In this document: one piece after another, positions 1 through 12,860 of the stretch
Layout: each line of letters starts with the position of its first letter
How positions within the stretch are numbered: position 1 is the first letter of the stretch
Assembly: GCA_964016885.1 (NCBI GenBank)
Contig: OZ024743.1
Span: 275,404,001 to 275,468,000, forward strand
Direction: 5' to 3'
Length of the DNA: 64,000 nucleotides
DNA from: Eledone cirrhosa
Taxonomy: Eukaryota
Made by a program: the position numbers and the translations under genes
The notes under the pieces: generated by a model
Seen by the model: the letters and a program-made list of their open reading frames with translations, nothing else
Database searches by the model: none
What the model was told of the DNA's origin: nothing

Positions 1-867
1 CCAGCACTCACTGTAAATGAGGTTGGTGTTAGGAAGGGCATCCAGCTGTAGAAATCAAGCCAGAATCAGTTCCACCCTTGCAAGCAAGGAAAAGCGGACG
101 TAAAATGATGATGATGATATGGCCTTTTATGCTAAATTGTATCACTAAGGTGTCAGAGGACTTTCTGATAGTACTCCTGTGTAGCTGTTTACCCTTTCAA
201 TGCAAAATGCTTTGGTAGTTGAAGTAAACGGCATCACATTGATTTTATTCCACACCTGACATGCTTTTTTGGGTCTTAATGACATTGGATGCTTTGACTG
301 ATGACTGAACTTTGGTTTCTGGGTTGTACCCATACACCCACATCCCACCTCTAATTATTATAGAATTCAGGAACTTAGGATCCTTGTTGGCCGTATTGGG
401 TGAAATGAAAATGCAAGTTGTATAACACCTTACTGGCTGCTTGAAAAATTAAAGTCGGATAGTTTTTCAACAGATCTTGTATATGTGTCTGTGGGCACAT
501 GCACACACACATAGACACGCACACAGACACACACACACATATTACTTTAATTATATGCTATGTCATTAAGCAAATGTAATCTGTGAAGCAGTAAATTAAA
601 ACCTATATTACAGGAGATAAGCATTAACTATTTTAGCTGCTAGCTCTTGATATATTATAGTTCACCAGTTAATTATGAGCAATAGTGTGTTATTATAAAG
701 TGATTACTAACAATTATCCATTTTTACTTAATTGATCCTGTCGGTTTTTTTAAAATGGCATTTAAAAAAGAAGAAATTAGTGAACAAAAGAAAAGACAAC
801 AAAATAATGTGTCTATTATATCAATTATCTTAGTAGGGTCAATGTTAGACAAATTCTATGATCATCA

Positions 868-1060
868 TTATGTGGATTGGCAGTAGCGGTAGAGGATCAG
901 ACGCTATGCTTTGACACATAGAGTTACGGCCCTTGCCATTCTGAGTTCAAATCCCGCCGAGGTTAACTTTGCCTTTCACCCTTATGGGGTCGATAAAATA
1001 AAGTAGCAGTAATACACTGGGATAATTGCTGGCCTTGTGCCCAAAGTAGAAACAATTATT
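868..1060 (+). mobile_element. tRNA-derived SINE, (ATT)n-tailed family
   Basis: A-box-like tggcagtagcgg, B box gagttcaaatccc, core gcctttca.cctta.ggggtcgataaaataaagta, tail gtagaaacaattatt. Confidence 0.88.
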
Positions 1061-1804
1061 TCTATGTCTGCTCTTTGAGCAGGTTTTCTATGGTTAGATA
1101 CCCTTCCTGGGGATTTAGTAGAAGAGTAGGAAACATTTGCCCAAGGTGCCTTGCTGTGAGATTGAACCCAAAACCTATATATCTCCAAAGTAAACTTAAC
1201 AACACAGTCATGTCTGTTAAATTTATTATGTATGGAAAAATTTTTGTGAACTATGATACTTTCATTTGAAAAACATTTCATGAACTATTTATTTTGAGTA
1301 AATGAAATTATATCTTTGTAGTAACTTAAGTATATCATTGTATGTCCCCACAATTGTTTGTATTGCTTGTAGTACTGCTTTGTTAATGTAACCTGGTTTC
1401 TAGGTTTTATTTGCTGCATTGCCTCTCTGGAGATGTGAATATTATACCGAAGACATGCTTTCAAAATGTTAACACTGTCCCTATACACTTTCTTTGTCTG
1501 TTTTCATGCGAATGAGTTTATTAGATGGAAAATGTTACACTGTTTTGTTTTTTTCTGTGTAGCACACTGATGGGAATTGGTGTGGTTAAAGAAAGGGCTC
1601 AGTTTCCAAGAGTGTGGCACTTGTCCTAAGGGGTGTTTAAAGAAATGTTAGATTAACATCTTCAATTGATCTGAATAATCATTTCAACATCAATGATGGA
1701 TCATTATCACAAAAGCTCATGATGTCTACATTGGACAAAAGATAGAAAACTATAGTACAGCATTTGTATTTTTAAACGAGCATATATCACTTCAAAATGA
1801 GACT

Positions 1805-2040
1805 CAAAGGTGACAGTGGAGGAGGTTGCTCTGAAAGTGTGGCAGCTAAAATAAGAACAGGCCGGAAGAAGTTTAGGGAGTTACTACCTCTGTTAACAAC
1901 AGAGATTTTCTGTCTGAGTGAAGGGTAGATTTTTTTTATGCTTATGTGAAAAATGCGATGTTGCATGGCAGTGTGATGGTCAGTAAATGCAAAGGATATA
2001 CGGCGGCTGGAGAGAAATAAAGTGGGCATGCTCCATTGAA
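1805..2040 (+). mobile_element. Short degenerate RTE-LINE ORF2 fragment
   Basis: SGGGCSESVAAKIRTGRKKFRELLPLL block shared with the longer RTE copies in this window. Confidence 0.75.
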
Positions 2041-2782
2041 GGGATAAGTGCTCATTTAGAATTACAATTTCTGTAGTAGTTTTAGTAGCAATGGTGATGG
2101 TAGCAGCATAAATGATTGGATACCTTTCACTGTTGCAAGTATTCAGACTAGGTCTCTGGTCTGAAAATATCCTGATATCTTGATGCAGCAACCCATGGTC
2201 TGTGCTTTTATTCCTCCCTTCCCTCCATCAGTCTTAGAGACCTTGAAATGTGTTATAGACACAGATCTTCCTTCTGCATAGGCTCAAGTAGAAGTGGGGA
2301 GGCATGGGTCTAAGATTTTGAGGAGTCATTCTCTCTCCATTAGCAGCTGAGAGAAAACCCTTTGGTAAAGAATTACCTTTTATATAACATGTTCTAGTTC
2401 TTTTATTCTATTCTGTTACTTGTAAGTACATTGCATATACTACACATACATGTGTATATTTGTATCTCATTCACAAATTATATATATTTAGCACTAATTA
2501 GCAAAATACTTGAGGAGTGTTTTGAATGGGTGGAGTTATATTTCACATCTTGCTTGGGCAAATTACCAGTTGAAATGAGGCACATATATATATATATATA
2601 TATTTACCTTCGTCTATTATTAGTTGAAATGGAGCATATATTTTGGACCTGACCTGGACCTATTATCAATTATGCATAGGTCTGCTCTTCTGACCAAGCT
2701 ATTAACCAATATTATTATTGCACTGAGTAATTGCTGGCCTTGTGCCAAAAGTAGAAACAATTATTATATATATATTATTAAA

Positions 2783-2982
2783 TAGGGCGGTGGATTGGTA
2801 GTATCGGTAGAGGGTCGGACGCCATGCTTTGCAGCAAAGAGTTACGGCCTTTATGGTCTGAGTTCAAATCCCGCCAGGGTTAACTTTGCCTTTCATCCTT
2901 ATGGGGTCGATAAAATAAAGTACCAGTAATGCACTGGGATAATTGCTGGCCTTGTGCCAAAAGTAGAAATAATTATTATATA
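2783..2982 (+). mobile_element. tRNA-derived SINE of the same family, preceded by an orphan tail at 2719-2768
   Basis: near-identical to the copies at 868 and 21492. Confidence 0.88.
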
Positions 2983-3765
2983 TTTAATTGGAAGGTGTGA
3001 GGTTGTTCTTTGTAACCCATAAATATATGTAAACATGTATTATTCAATTTAAGGTTATATAGAAACAAATCAATTAAACTATTGAACCTTTTTAAAATTT
3101 GTTTATCATACCGTCATCTACTTGTTTTCTTATGCTGACCTCTGATTGATGGGGTTTGTTTTTGACAAGTTTTTCTGCATAGGTGTGAGCTGTAAATTTT
3201 ATCTTGAAAGCAAATGGCTTTGTGGACAGGATGTTGGACTCATGGTCGTAAGGTTGTGGGTTCAATTCCTAGATTGGGTGGCACATTCTGTTCTTGAGCA
3301 AGATGCTTCATTTCACATTGCCTTTCATGATAGGACAGAAACCTCCTATGAGATGGAAATCCAGCTAAACCTACATAGGTGTTAGCTGTAAATTTTTTAT
3401 AGCTGTCTATAAAACTTTCAAAGAAGACTAGGATGATTTCATGAAGATGAACGGTTGTGAAGGGTATTTGAACAAAGCCAAAGCCATCATCTAATCACTA
3501 TGATTCTGACTTGTAGAAATAGCTGTGTTCTTGTTTTAAAAGTTCCTCTCAACATGAGTACCAATTGCTATCAGTCATTGTTGACACATGATTTAATCCT
3601 TAGCAGTGATTTTAGAGGTTAAAAACTGTCATTCATTTTGAACTTGTTCTTGTATTGCATGTCTATTTTTAGTTACTATACTATTTTATATATATAATGT
3701 ATGTATATTTATTTATGTACGTATATGTATGCTTATTATTTTTCTTTTTCTAAATCTATTTTCAG

Positions 3766-3930
3766 AACTTGAAAGATAACTTTTGGAACTTTGTCTTTTA
3801 TAAGTTCATTTTTATCTTTGGAGTGATGAATGTGCAGACAATGAATGAAGTTATCAGCTGGGTCACCTGGTTCACTGTCCTTGGATTTCTAAATCTGCAC
3901 ACCCAGCTTTGTAAGGATAGATTTGAATAT
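3766..3930 (+). CDS. AMFR: AMFR/gp78 internal coding exon A (transmembrane region), NLKDNFWNFVFYKFIFIFG...LCKDRFEY
   Basis: ttttcag acceptor at 3764-65 and gtgagt donor at 3931; 165 nt, phase 0/0; closely resembles vertebrate AMFR LKDKFWNFIFYKFIFIFGV...QLCKDRFEY as recalled. Confidence 0.95.
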
Positions 3931-4711
3931 GTGAGTAATCTTCACAATCATTTTACAATTCTTCATATTTTAGCTATATATTCCTTTTCCTTAGGAGCAT
4001 TGGCAAAAGCCTTTCTGTAATTTTGTGGTTGGCGTTAGGAAGGGCGTCTGGCTGTAGAAAACCAGTCCCAAAACACCCAGCCCACACTGTAAAGTGGATG
4101 TATAAAAGACACGGCAAAAAGCACCCAGCACACACTGTCAATGTGGTTGGCATCAGAAAGGGCATCCAGCCATAGAAAACCAGCCAGAAACTCTCCTATA
4201 TGAGCGAGACACGGTCACCCGACCCAACTTGCCTATAAATGGGACAAACCCGTCTAACCCTTGCTAGCGTGGAAGATAGACAGTAATCAATGATGATGAT
4301 CATATGTATATATTTGTGTGTGTGTGTGTGGATACAAGGATACACACACTTACCTAGCAAATGCAGGGTTTGATTCTTACTGGCTCTCCTGTCTGATAGT
4401 TTCTTTTGCATCTCCAGCAGTATTTTACCTGAATTATTATTCAACTCTTATTTATAATTATCTGCATTGTGGCAGCTTATGGAAAGGAAAAGCAAGCTTA
4501 TTTTCAAATGTGTCTACATTCTGTAATGTCCATCAGCACTGTACTAGGTAGGTAAATTGACCTTTCCAAGCCAAATTACGTAGTGTCTTCTAACATTACC
4601 TAATTTCTGTGAATGGTGGTTCCAGTCGGACTACCGTTGGCAAATTGGAATTGAAGAAGCATACACTGATTCGGGAACCTGGAAATTTCAATTTCCTACC
4701 CACACAAAGTC

Positions 4712-4880
4712 ATTTGACTCCTACCTGTCCTGATGCTTTTATAATCTTAGCAACAATATCTGACAGTCCTGCAGTTTTACCATTCTTCATCTTTTTGATT
4801 GTTTCTTTGACCCTGAAATTGTCAACTTCAATAGCTGGTCCTTCCTTTGAGTAAGTTGGGGTTAGTTTCTCTTCCCCAAA
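4712..4880 (-). mobile_element. Short RTE-LINE ORF2 fragment
   Basis: EGPAIEVD...MKNGKTAGLSDIVAKIIKASG, homologous to the copy at 40116-40496. Confidence 0.75.
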
Positions 4881-5058
4881 CTTACTTAAATTAATGAGTG
4901 AATGAGGATATGACTGAAGCTGTGTCAATTTTATTTGACAAGCTTTGTTTTTTAGTTATATGGCTGACTGAATACAAACATGCTTTTTCTCAAAAAAAAA
5001 TTTTTTTATTCTTTCCTTTTCTCACTCTTTATTTTCTTATTTCATCTTTTATTTCTCA

Positions 5059-5100
5059 TTCTATTTTCTAATGAAGGACTAATGTCCGAAACGTAAAGAA
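5059..5100 (+). ncRNA. Degenerate minimal type I hammerhead ribozyme, Penelope-pLTR-like
   Basis: CTAATGA (one substitution from CTGATGA), A, GGAC-TAAT-GTCC stem II, GAAAC-GTA with palindromic ACGT stem III, then AAGAA able to pair with the upstream ttct/tttt. Confidence 0.6.
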
Positions 5101-5599
5101 TCTCTTCCTACTATATCAAGTGTTAAACTAATATATTTCTTCATTATACTGTGTTGTTTGTTTTGTTGTTTTCCTTTTATTTTTTGTATTCATATGTGTG
5201 TGTGTGTGTGTGTGTGTGTGCGCGTATATATATGTGTGTACGTATATATATATATGTGTGTACGTATATATATATATGTGTGTATGTATGTATGTATAAC
5301 TTGTATTTGCTTAGCTCCTCATCTTTTTATATTAAGACTAGTTGTGAAACTGCTGATGTTTTTGTCCTTCATAAAGAGCCTGTTTTTCCAGCTCAGTGGT
5401 TTGTTGTAGATCCCTAGCTAAAATGATGTACAAGTGAGACATGATCCCCTGGTTTTTTCTTTGTAGGTTCTGAATAAGAATAAATTAGTCCATGACAACC
5501 CATAATAGCTTGATTTGAAATAATTACTTAATGTAATGATTTAGCAGAAAATGTCTAAAAGTGTTCTTTTTTAATTCAAATGTTTATAGTATCTTTACT

Positions 5600-7240
5600 G
5601 GTAGGCAGAGGGTTGTGAAACTTTGCATCTCCAAATGCAGGAGTTGATGTCTCATCTGGTGGTGAAGCAATTGTGTAAGTGTTTCAGCCCCTTCTACCAT
5701 GACACCAGAGCTATTTGGTGCCACCCACTGATGTATGTTTTGAAGCTCCTGCACAATCTTAGATGAGTCTAATATTGTGACACTGTCCACCTCAATGCAT
5801 CAGAACAGCATGAAATTCAATGAGTCTAATGTTGTGACTTTGAGCAAGACATGGCCATCCACTTCAATGTGTCAAGGACACCTTTTCTCTTTTCTTTTGA
5901 GCCAGATGTAGTGAGTTGGTTTCTCAGCTGCCTCTGATAATGCCCTTGAAATGCGTTTCCTTTCCTTTGCCGCCAGTTCAAGGTTCTTGAGCAGCGAGTC
6001 AACCTTGATTTTGACAAATCCTGTGACCTCAAATAGCTCTGGTGTCACATTGAAGGGAGCTAAAACACATACAGAGTTACTTCACTGCCTATTTCTGATC
6101 CACAGGTTTCAACCAGCTCACTGTACTTCCTGGCCTTCCTGCTCAATTCATCATCAATGTTTGTCTCTCTTGAGACAGTAAGCTCCACCATCTTTACCAC
6201 CTTCCTTTCTTGCACCACAAGATGGGGTCGAGTCTTTTGGTGGTAAAAAGGGGAAAGTGGTATTTGCCATCCAGGTCAAATGAGATATCCCAAATCCCTC
6301 CAATATTAGGTCAGTCTTCTTTCTTATAGTGACTGGCTTGCTGTGTTCTTTTTCATTATAAAACTTTATCCTGTTCTTCTGCACTAGTTGTGGTCTCTTG
6401 CTGCTGTTCACCCTCTTCACCCTCTTCCAAATCAGCCAGTACTCTAAGCAGTTGGTTATGCTGCTATATGTATCTTGCTCTGCAGGTCTACTGGGCAACT
6501 AGATAGTATGTGCTTCATCCTTTCAGCCTTTCTACATTTGCAGAGGTCATACTCATCTACTTTCCAGTGTTTTAGGTTTGTGGGGCTAGGAAGCATGTCA
6601 GACGGAGTAAAGCAAAAAATTGATTCTGGCCGCTTCCCATGACCAAAGCTCCTGACATCCTATCTCCTGCTTAACCAGAAGCTTCTCCCAAGATATGGTC
6701 CCTGTTGGCCACATTTTATCAAGGGTGCATAGCAACTTCTTACTTCCTTCTTTTTTACCTGGTTGACTACCATGGCCCTTCTCTCCTGATTCATGGCACA
6801 ATTTGGTCTGGATTAGGAAGTTCTAAGACCCTTTCTATTGCTCTATGCAGGACTTACTATATTTTTATATCCCAGAGATGACAAAAAATACTCCTTCACT
6901 TCTGTTTTCTTCCAGTCATAAGTCCCAGTGAGGAGGAACATGATATGATCATTTAGATGACATAGTCAGTATGGTCTGCACCTTATCACACTTGTATTGC
7001 TTGATTATTGTTGGATAGGTTGGACCACCATTGTTGCACATGGCAAAGGTTTGTGGCAATCCTAGCCAATTGCAAATGTAGATATTGCATTTTCACTCAA
7101 TGGTCTTGACACATGGTAGTGCAACTTCACACAATATCGGTGTCCATTGCAGTCTGGGGTACAGTGCAAACTACATGCACCAGAGCTGGGAACATGCCAG
7201 GTAGTAATGTTCTATCACTGAAAGCCCATCCTCGGCCATC
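5600..7240 (-). mobile_element. Decayed, 5'-truncated non-LTR retrotransposon with restriction-like endonuclease (HERO/NeSL-like)
   Basis: minus-strand translation across frameshifts: WLGLPQTF; INFLLYSV-DMLPSPTNLKHW; C-K-C...HILSSC knuckle; HNQLLRVLA; VELTVSRETN..RKARKYSEL; EVTGF; LSEAAEKPTHYIWLKRKE with stop at 5872. Confidence 0.8.
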
Positions 7241-8264
7241 ATCTGGATTTTAAGTACCTTATTTCTATCATTGAGTGACCTATAATACATCAATACAGTG
7301 AGTAAACATCATTAAAAACTGAGAAAAGTCCTGAAATATTAGTATTTGGTATTCTCTCATGGCTATGGGACATGACCATAGTTTAAAATACTCTGTGAGA
7401 CTTAGTATGTTTATTATAAACAGGTATATGCTTTTATATATGCCTCTATTAAAGTGTTTTGTTTCAATGCTATAGTGTACTAGAGAATATATCTATAGAT
7501 TTTTAGCCAATGCTGTATATATATATGGACAGATGCAACTAGTCTGTTGTTGCTGATAAAATCCCAACATAGGATTCTATTGAAATTATTTTGGCAGAGC
7601 CTTCTTTTTCTAACTATAAAGATATACTATACACAGACGAGGTGTATACATCTGTCTTTGCATACAGTAGTGGTTAGAAATCTATAGATATTCTATAGCA
7701 ATGAAACCTTGTATTGTTCTTCAACTGACTGAAAGAAAATTTCTCTATACATTTTAATGTAGTTGTACTGACAAATGAATCAGCTCATTGTAATGTGACC
7801 TAATGGTCTTTTATAATGTTTTAACTCAAAGCAACGCAGATGTAGTATTTATACATTAGATATGAAATGTAATTGATTTTCTTAAAGTGACTTAGAATAA
7901 TTAACATGGGACTTTCTCAATTTAAAATGACTCTATTTTAGTTTTATTAATCTATAAAATTCTATAGCCATCTGGATTCTTGGTAGTAAACAGCTTCCAA
8001 TTATGCTCTGGTTGTGGTTCAACAGTAAGTTAGCAGCTTTAATTTGATCTTGTTAGAGTATATTTTTTTTAATAATTTCATCAGTGTTTTCTGTTGTTCT
8101 ACGATACCACCCATCTCTCCATAGCTAAACTTGTTGATGACACTTCAGAACTTTACTGACTACTCAAGTAGTTTACAAACCGGTTTTGTTAGTTTTTCTA
8201 AGGGAAATGTTTTCTTATAGAATGCTGTCATTCATTTTGTATGTGTGTGAAAAATAAAATCTGT

Positions 8265-10430
8265 CATCATCATCATCGTTTAGCGTCCATCTTCCACGCT
8301 AGCATGGGTTAGATGGTTTTGTCCCATTTGATGCGGGAATGGTCGGGAGATCATGTCCTGCTCACAGGGAAGCGTCTCTGGCAGGTTTTTTTACAGCTGG
8401 ATGCCCTTTCTAACACCAACCACATTTACAGTGTGGACTGGGAGCCTTTTCACCGTGTCTTCTACAAGGGCACCTTACAGTGTGGACTGTTGTGTCATCG
8501 ACACAGTGGACGGAATGGGAGAGGGAGGATGCAGTAGGGTGTGGTGGTGGGGTGTGCATTGGATTAAGAGGTGCCTACTGACTAGGTTTGTATGCAATGG
8601 TAGTCGTGTCTTCTGTACAACTGCACGGCGCCAAAGATCTCGATCCAGTCTCATTGTCTTAGAGAGGTGTAGGTGGGCAAGGTCAGTTTTTATCACTTCG
8701 TCCCAGGTTTTTCTTGATCTACCCACTCTGCAGCTTCCATCAATTTTCATTGCCCTGCACTTTTTTATACAGCTGTCATCCTTCATACACATCACATGTC
8801 CATACCAACGCAATCTCCTCTCCAGAACACAACATTTGATACCTCTTATGCTTAGTCCCCCTCTTAGTTCGTTTATGCTTCGCCTTTCGCGCACATTACT
8901 ATTACACTTCCATTGGAGCATGCAAGCTTCATTTCTTTCTAATCTATGCAGGTCTTCAGCACACAATGCCCAAGTCTCACTACCATGTAATATCGCTGTT
9001 CGTATACATGCATCATACAATCTGCCTTTCATTTTTAGAGAAAAACCCTTTGTGGCCAACAGCGGTATTAGCTCTCTGAACTTTTTCCATCCCATTCAAA
9101 CTCTGGCTACTACACTTTCAGAGCACCCTCCTCCACTGCTGATTTTGTCACCCAGGTAATGGAAGGTGTCTACTATTTCTATAGAACCATCTGGGCAGTT
9201 GAAGAAGATTTCATCCAGTGGGTCCTTGCTACTTACTGCACCTGAGCATCGGCCACATATAAAATCTACATTCTTAGATAGCTTACCTCTGATCCCACTA
9301 CATCTTTTATGTACCCATAGTTTGCATTTGGGACATAGAATGAAGTTTCTGCCTACTTCTTTCTTACACACTGAACATGGCCATTTCCCAGAGGATAATT
9401 GTGCCCTATTCTCTTTTTTGCATACTAGAACCTTAGTCTTAGACAAGTTGACTCTAAGGCCTTTTGATTCAAGACCATGTTTCCATGTTTGCAACTTCCT
9501 CTCTAGTTCAGCCATAGATTCAGCTATGAGAGTTAGATCATCTGCATATAGAAGTTCCCATGAGCAGCCAGTCTTAAACCCCTCTGTTATAGCCTGTAGG
9601 ACAATAATAAACAGCATGCTAGCATGGAAGATAGACGTTAAACGATGATGATGATGAGGGGGCTAAGAACGGAGCCCTCGTGAACCCCTACCATTACGCT
9701 AAATTCATCACTGTATTCTTCGTTAATTCTGACCTTGCTGACTGTCCCTCTATACATGGCTTGTATAGCTCTCACAAGCCATTCTTCTACTCCTAGTTTT
9801 CTAAGAGCCCACCAGATTAAGGTGCGTGCGTGGGACTCTGTCAAAGGCCTTCTCCAGGTCAAAAAAAGCTAAGTAGAGGGGTTTACTGTTAGCCAGGTAC
9901 TTCTGCAATTTCCGTACAAGGAAAAGAACATCCGTGGTACTTTTACCTGTCACAAACCCAAACTGCATTTCATCTAGATCAATTTGGTCTCTAATCAGTT
10001 GAGTAATAACTTTCTGTGACTTTCATGATTTGGTCAACTAATTTAATACCTCCTATAGTTTCCTCTATCCAGGGCGTCTCCTTTGCCCTTGTAACAGTTG
10101 ATGATGATGATGATGATGCTACACCAGTCATTTGGTATGACCCCATTCTGTATTACTTGGTTTACTATCCGGGTGACCATAGTATGTCCCACCATTCCAG
10201 ACCTTCAACAGTTCAACAACTATCCCTGAAGGCCCAGTTGCCTTGCCTGTCTTTATATTTTTGATTGCTTTACTTACTACACTACCATCAACTTTCACAG
10301 CTGATCCTTCTATTGGATCGATGTGGGGCAGACTATCTTTATTCCATTCATTCTCCACATTCAGTAGTCTTTCGTAGTGACACTTCCAAGCTACCTTCTT
10401 ATCACTATCAGTGAGGGCAAGTACACCAAA
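8265..10430 (-). mobile_element. 5'-truncated, disabled RTE-clade LINE with (GAT)n tail
   Basis: DLEKAFDR, LLYADDL, Cys/His finger, RLRWYGHV; tail tcatcatcatc at 8265; stops and frameshifts. Confidence 0.93.
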
Positions 10431-11859
10431 TTACTTTCCAGTTAGTTTGGTATTCCATCACTTAATCACCCCTTCATTCCTGTTCTTTTTTTTATTAGGC
10501 TTAATGCCCAGTAAGTGAAACAAAAGTTGGGGGGGGGGGGGGGGTAGTTCGGTTAGAGTACACATATCTGCAGAGAAACATGACAAAATTCAACTGAAGT
10601 TGTGTGAATGTATAAATTCATACACTGACAAATATAAACATGTCTTTCTTATTTATTTCTATGAGGACTGAAAGAAAGTGAACACTCTGACATGAGACTG
10701 TGTATATATCTCTCAGTCCAGAGAAAGATGTGACCAATAGCTTTCTCTTCAAAAAAAGACAGTATAGGTCACTTTTGAGCACAAATAGTAATATGTAACC
10801 CAGTATGGCATGTTGCATGGTTGGGTCATTAGTGACTAAACCACCAACACTTGCAAGCTTACTTGGTGATGAGAGTGATTTTTGGACACTCTGCAGTATG
10901 AAATAAAAAAAACCTGTCAAAAGGCGGAGGAAATCGGGAGAATCAATGGCCTTCCAATAAAGTATGTACATATGTATATATTTTTCTTTTTTATGTGCAA
11001 AGACATTGGTAGCAGGATGTTGGATGTGATCAGTGGTGAAATCTAATAAACCAGAGCTTTAGCATTGTATCACAAAGGCGTCATGCAAATGATCCAGTAT
11101 GTTAGACAATGGATGAGTTCTAAACATTCCAATTAGATGGATACTGCAAGAACACATAGAGTAGCGCTTTGTGTTTTCCACTACTTGCACAACCAAAACC
11201 CCCTACAAGGGGGTGTCCAACTGGATGGAGGATAGGATAAAGAGAATTTTTCAGTCTAGTTGAGCATATGACAACCTCGTTACACTGTTTGTGTAATGAT
11301 AAAATGCACCTAGAACACTCTGTAAAATGACAGGGCTGGTGCCACAATAAGATGCACCTGGTATACTCTGTAAAGAGGTTAGTATTAGGAAGAACATCCA
11401 ATTATAGAAACCATGCCAAAGATGAGGTCCCTCTTACCTGCCTAGTCTCTGACCATGACAACTCCTCCAACCTATGCCAACATGGAAAGCAGATGTAAAA
11501 TGATAATGAGGAATGGTTTTAAAAGCCCACCAAATATGATAGTATCAGAAAACTGGATCTTCCAGCTTGCATAATAGTTGTGCTATACTGGTAGTTGAGA
11601 GGTTGACTTTATCCACTTAATTATTGTGAATAATTCTAGAATGAATACAGATTTTGTTTTGGTTAGGAGAAAGTTGAAATGACCTGCCATTTCCAGTGAT
11701 AATAGAGATTATATTATGACAACTGAAAACAAAGTTGAACATTTTATTCCTTGATGTAGTGAATTCTTAATGTTTGTTTTAATGGTTGGATTTTTTAAAA
11801 TTTTATTAGAATACTGAGATAGCAACTCTGTGAAAGTACTAGATTCTTTGACCCTATAT

Positions 11860-12053
11860 AATAATTGTTTCTACTTTTGGCACAAGGCCAGCAATTACCT
11901 AGTACATTACTGGTACTTTATTTTATCGACCCCCGTAAGGATGAAAAGCAAAGTTGACCTCGGCGGGATTTGATCTCAGAATAGAAAGGGCCGTAACCCT
12001 ATGCGTCAAAGCATGACGTCCGACCCTCTACTGATACTGCCAATCCACCGCTC
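11860..12053 (-). mobile_element. tRNA-derived SINE of the same family
   Basis: reverse complement of the 21492 copy; flanked by repeated ctatataataat / tttgaccctatat. Confidence 0.88.
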
Positions 12054-12415
12054 TATATAATAATGCTTATAATTATATAATATTTGACCCTATATCATAA
12101 TGCTTACTCAAATTTCTAAAATATATTTTTATCTGGCCTAAATCCACTTTAGAAACTGTTTGGACACATTAGTTTCTAGTAACTAGGTACATATGCTAAA
12201 ATCTAATCACACGTTAAATTGTGTTAACATGCAATTAAGTTAGCTCTACCAATCCATCATATCATCATCATCATCGTTTAACATCTATCTTCCACGCTAG
12301 CATGGGTTTAGGCGGGAATTGTCCCACTTGAGGCAAGATTGGTCGTCTCGCTCGTACATTTCAATAATGGACATTGTTTGTAGGGTGGGGTGGGTGGGGT
12401 ATTACACACCATTAA

Positions 12416-12657
12416 CACTTTAGTTACCAAACTGCCTGAAACCACCTATGGTTTTGTGATGTAAAACTTTTTTTTTTTAAGTGTTTATGTTTATCCCAAA
12501 ACTTTCCATCATAATTATATGTAAGAACATTTGTTAAGTTATGTTCCAAACACCAGCTTAATAACGAGAAAGTTATTACTAAATCTCTCCAGATTTTTGA
12601 TTATTTAAAAAATTATTTAAAAGTCTGTCTCCCATTAGAAATATGGTTATGAAAGGG
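12416..12657. mobile_element. TTAA-type MITE, inverted relative of 56018-56247
   Basis: ttaacactttagttaccaaactgcctgaaacca ... attagaaatatggttatgaaaggg. Confidence 0.7.
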
Positions 12658-12860
12658 TTGCCCTTATAGTGTCATTAGTTTCTGCTAAAACTTTTTTAGT
12701 CTATTTTATCATTCATATATATATATGTATGTGTGTGTTATTCAGTTTTTTTTGTTTTTATTTTATTACTGGAGGTGGAACCAAAATGAACACTCAATGC
12801 TATAACAACGTATATATCATATATGGGATAACAAAGTTTCACTTTAAAATGTTTTATTTG

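Noticed and set aside
868-965. tRNA-like A and B boxes
   Set aside because: These are SINE heads with no cloverleaf, so not tRNA genes.
1400-1480. Possible upstream AMFR exon after tttctag
   Set aside because: I saw no resemblance to the expected N-terminal AMFR sequence and the frame I translated stops early; the 5' exons are probably outside the window.
5620-5720. gaaacac and cagatgag in the HERO-like 3' region suggesting a ribozyme
   Set aside because: Element order and pairing do not fit any hammerhead topology.
8353-9159. 268-aa plus-strand ORF and similar long ORFs antisense to RTE copies (9166, 26998, 27517, 35229, 41514, 42050)
   Set aside because: These are shadow frames of the RTE coding strand with no independent motifs.
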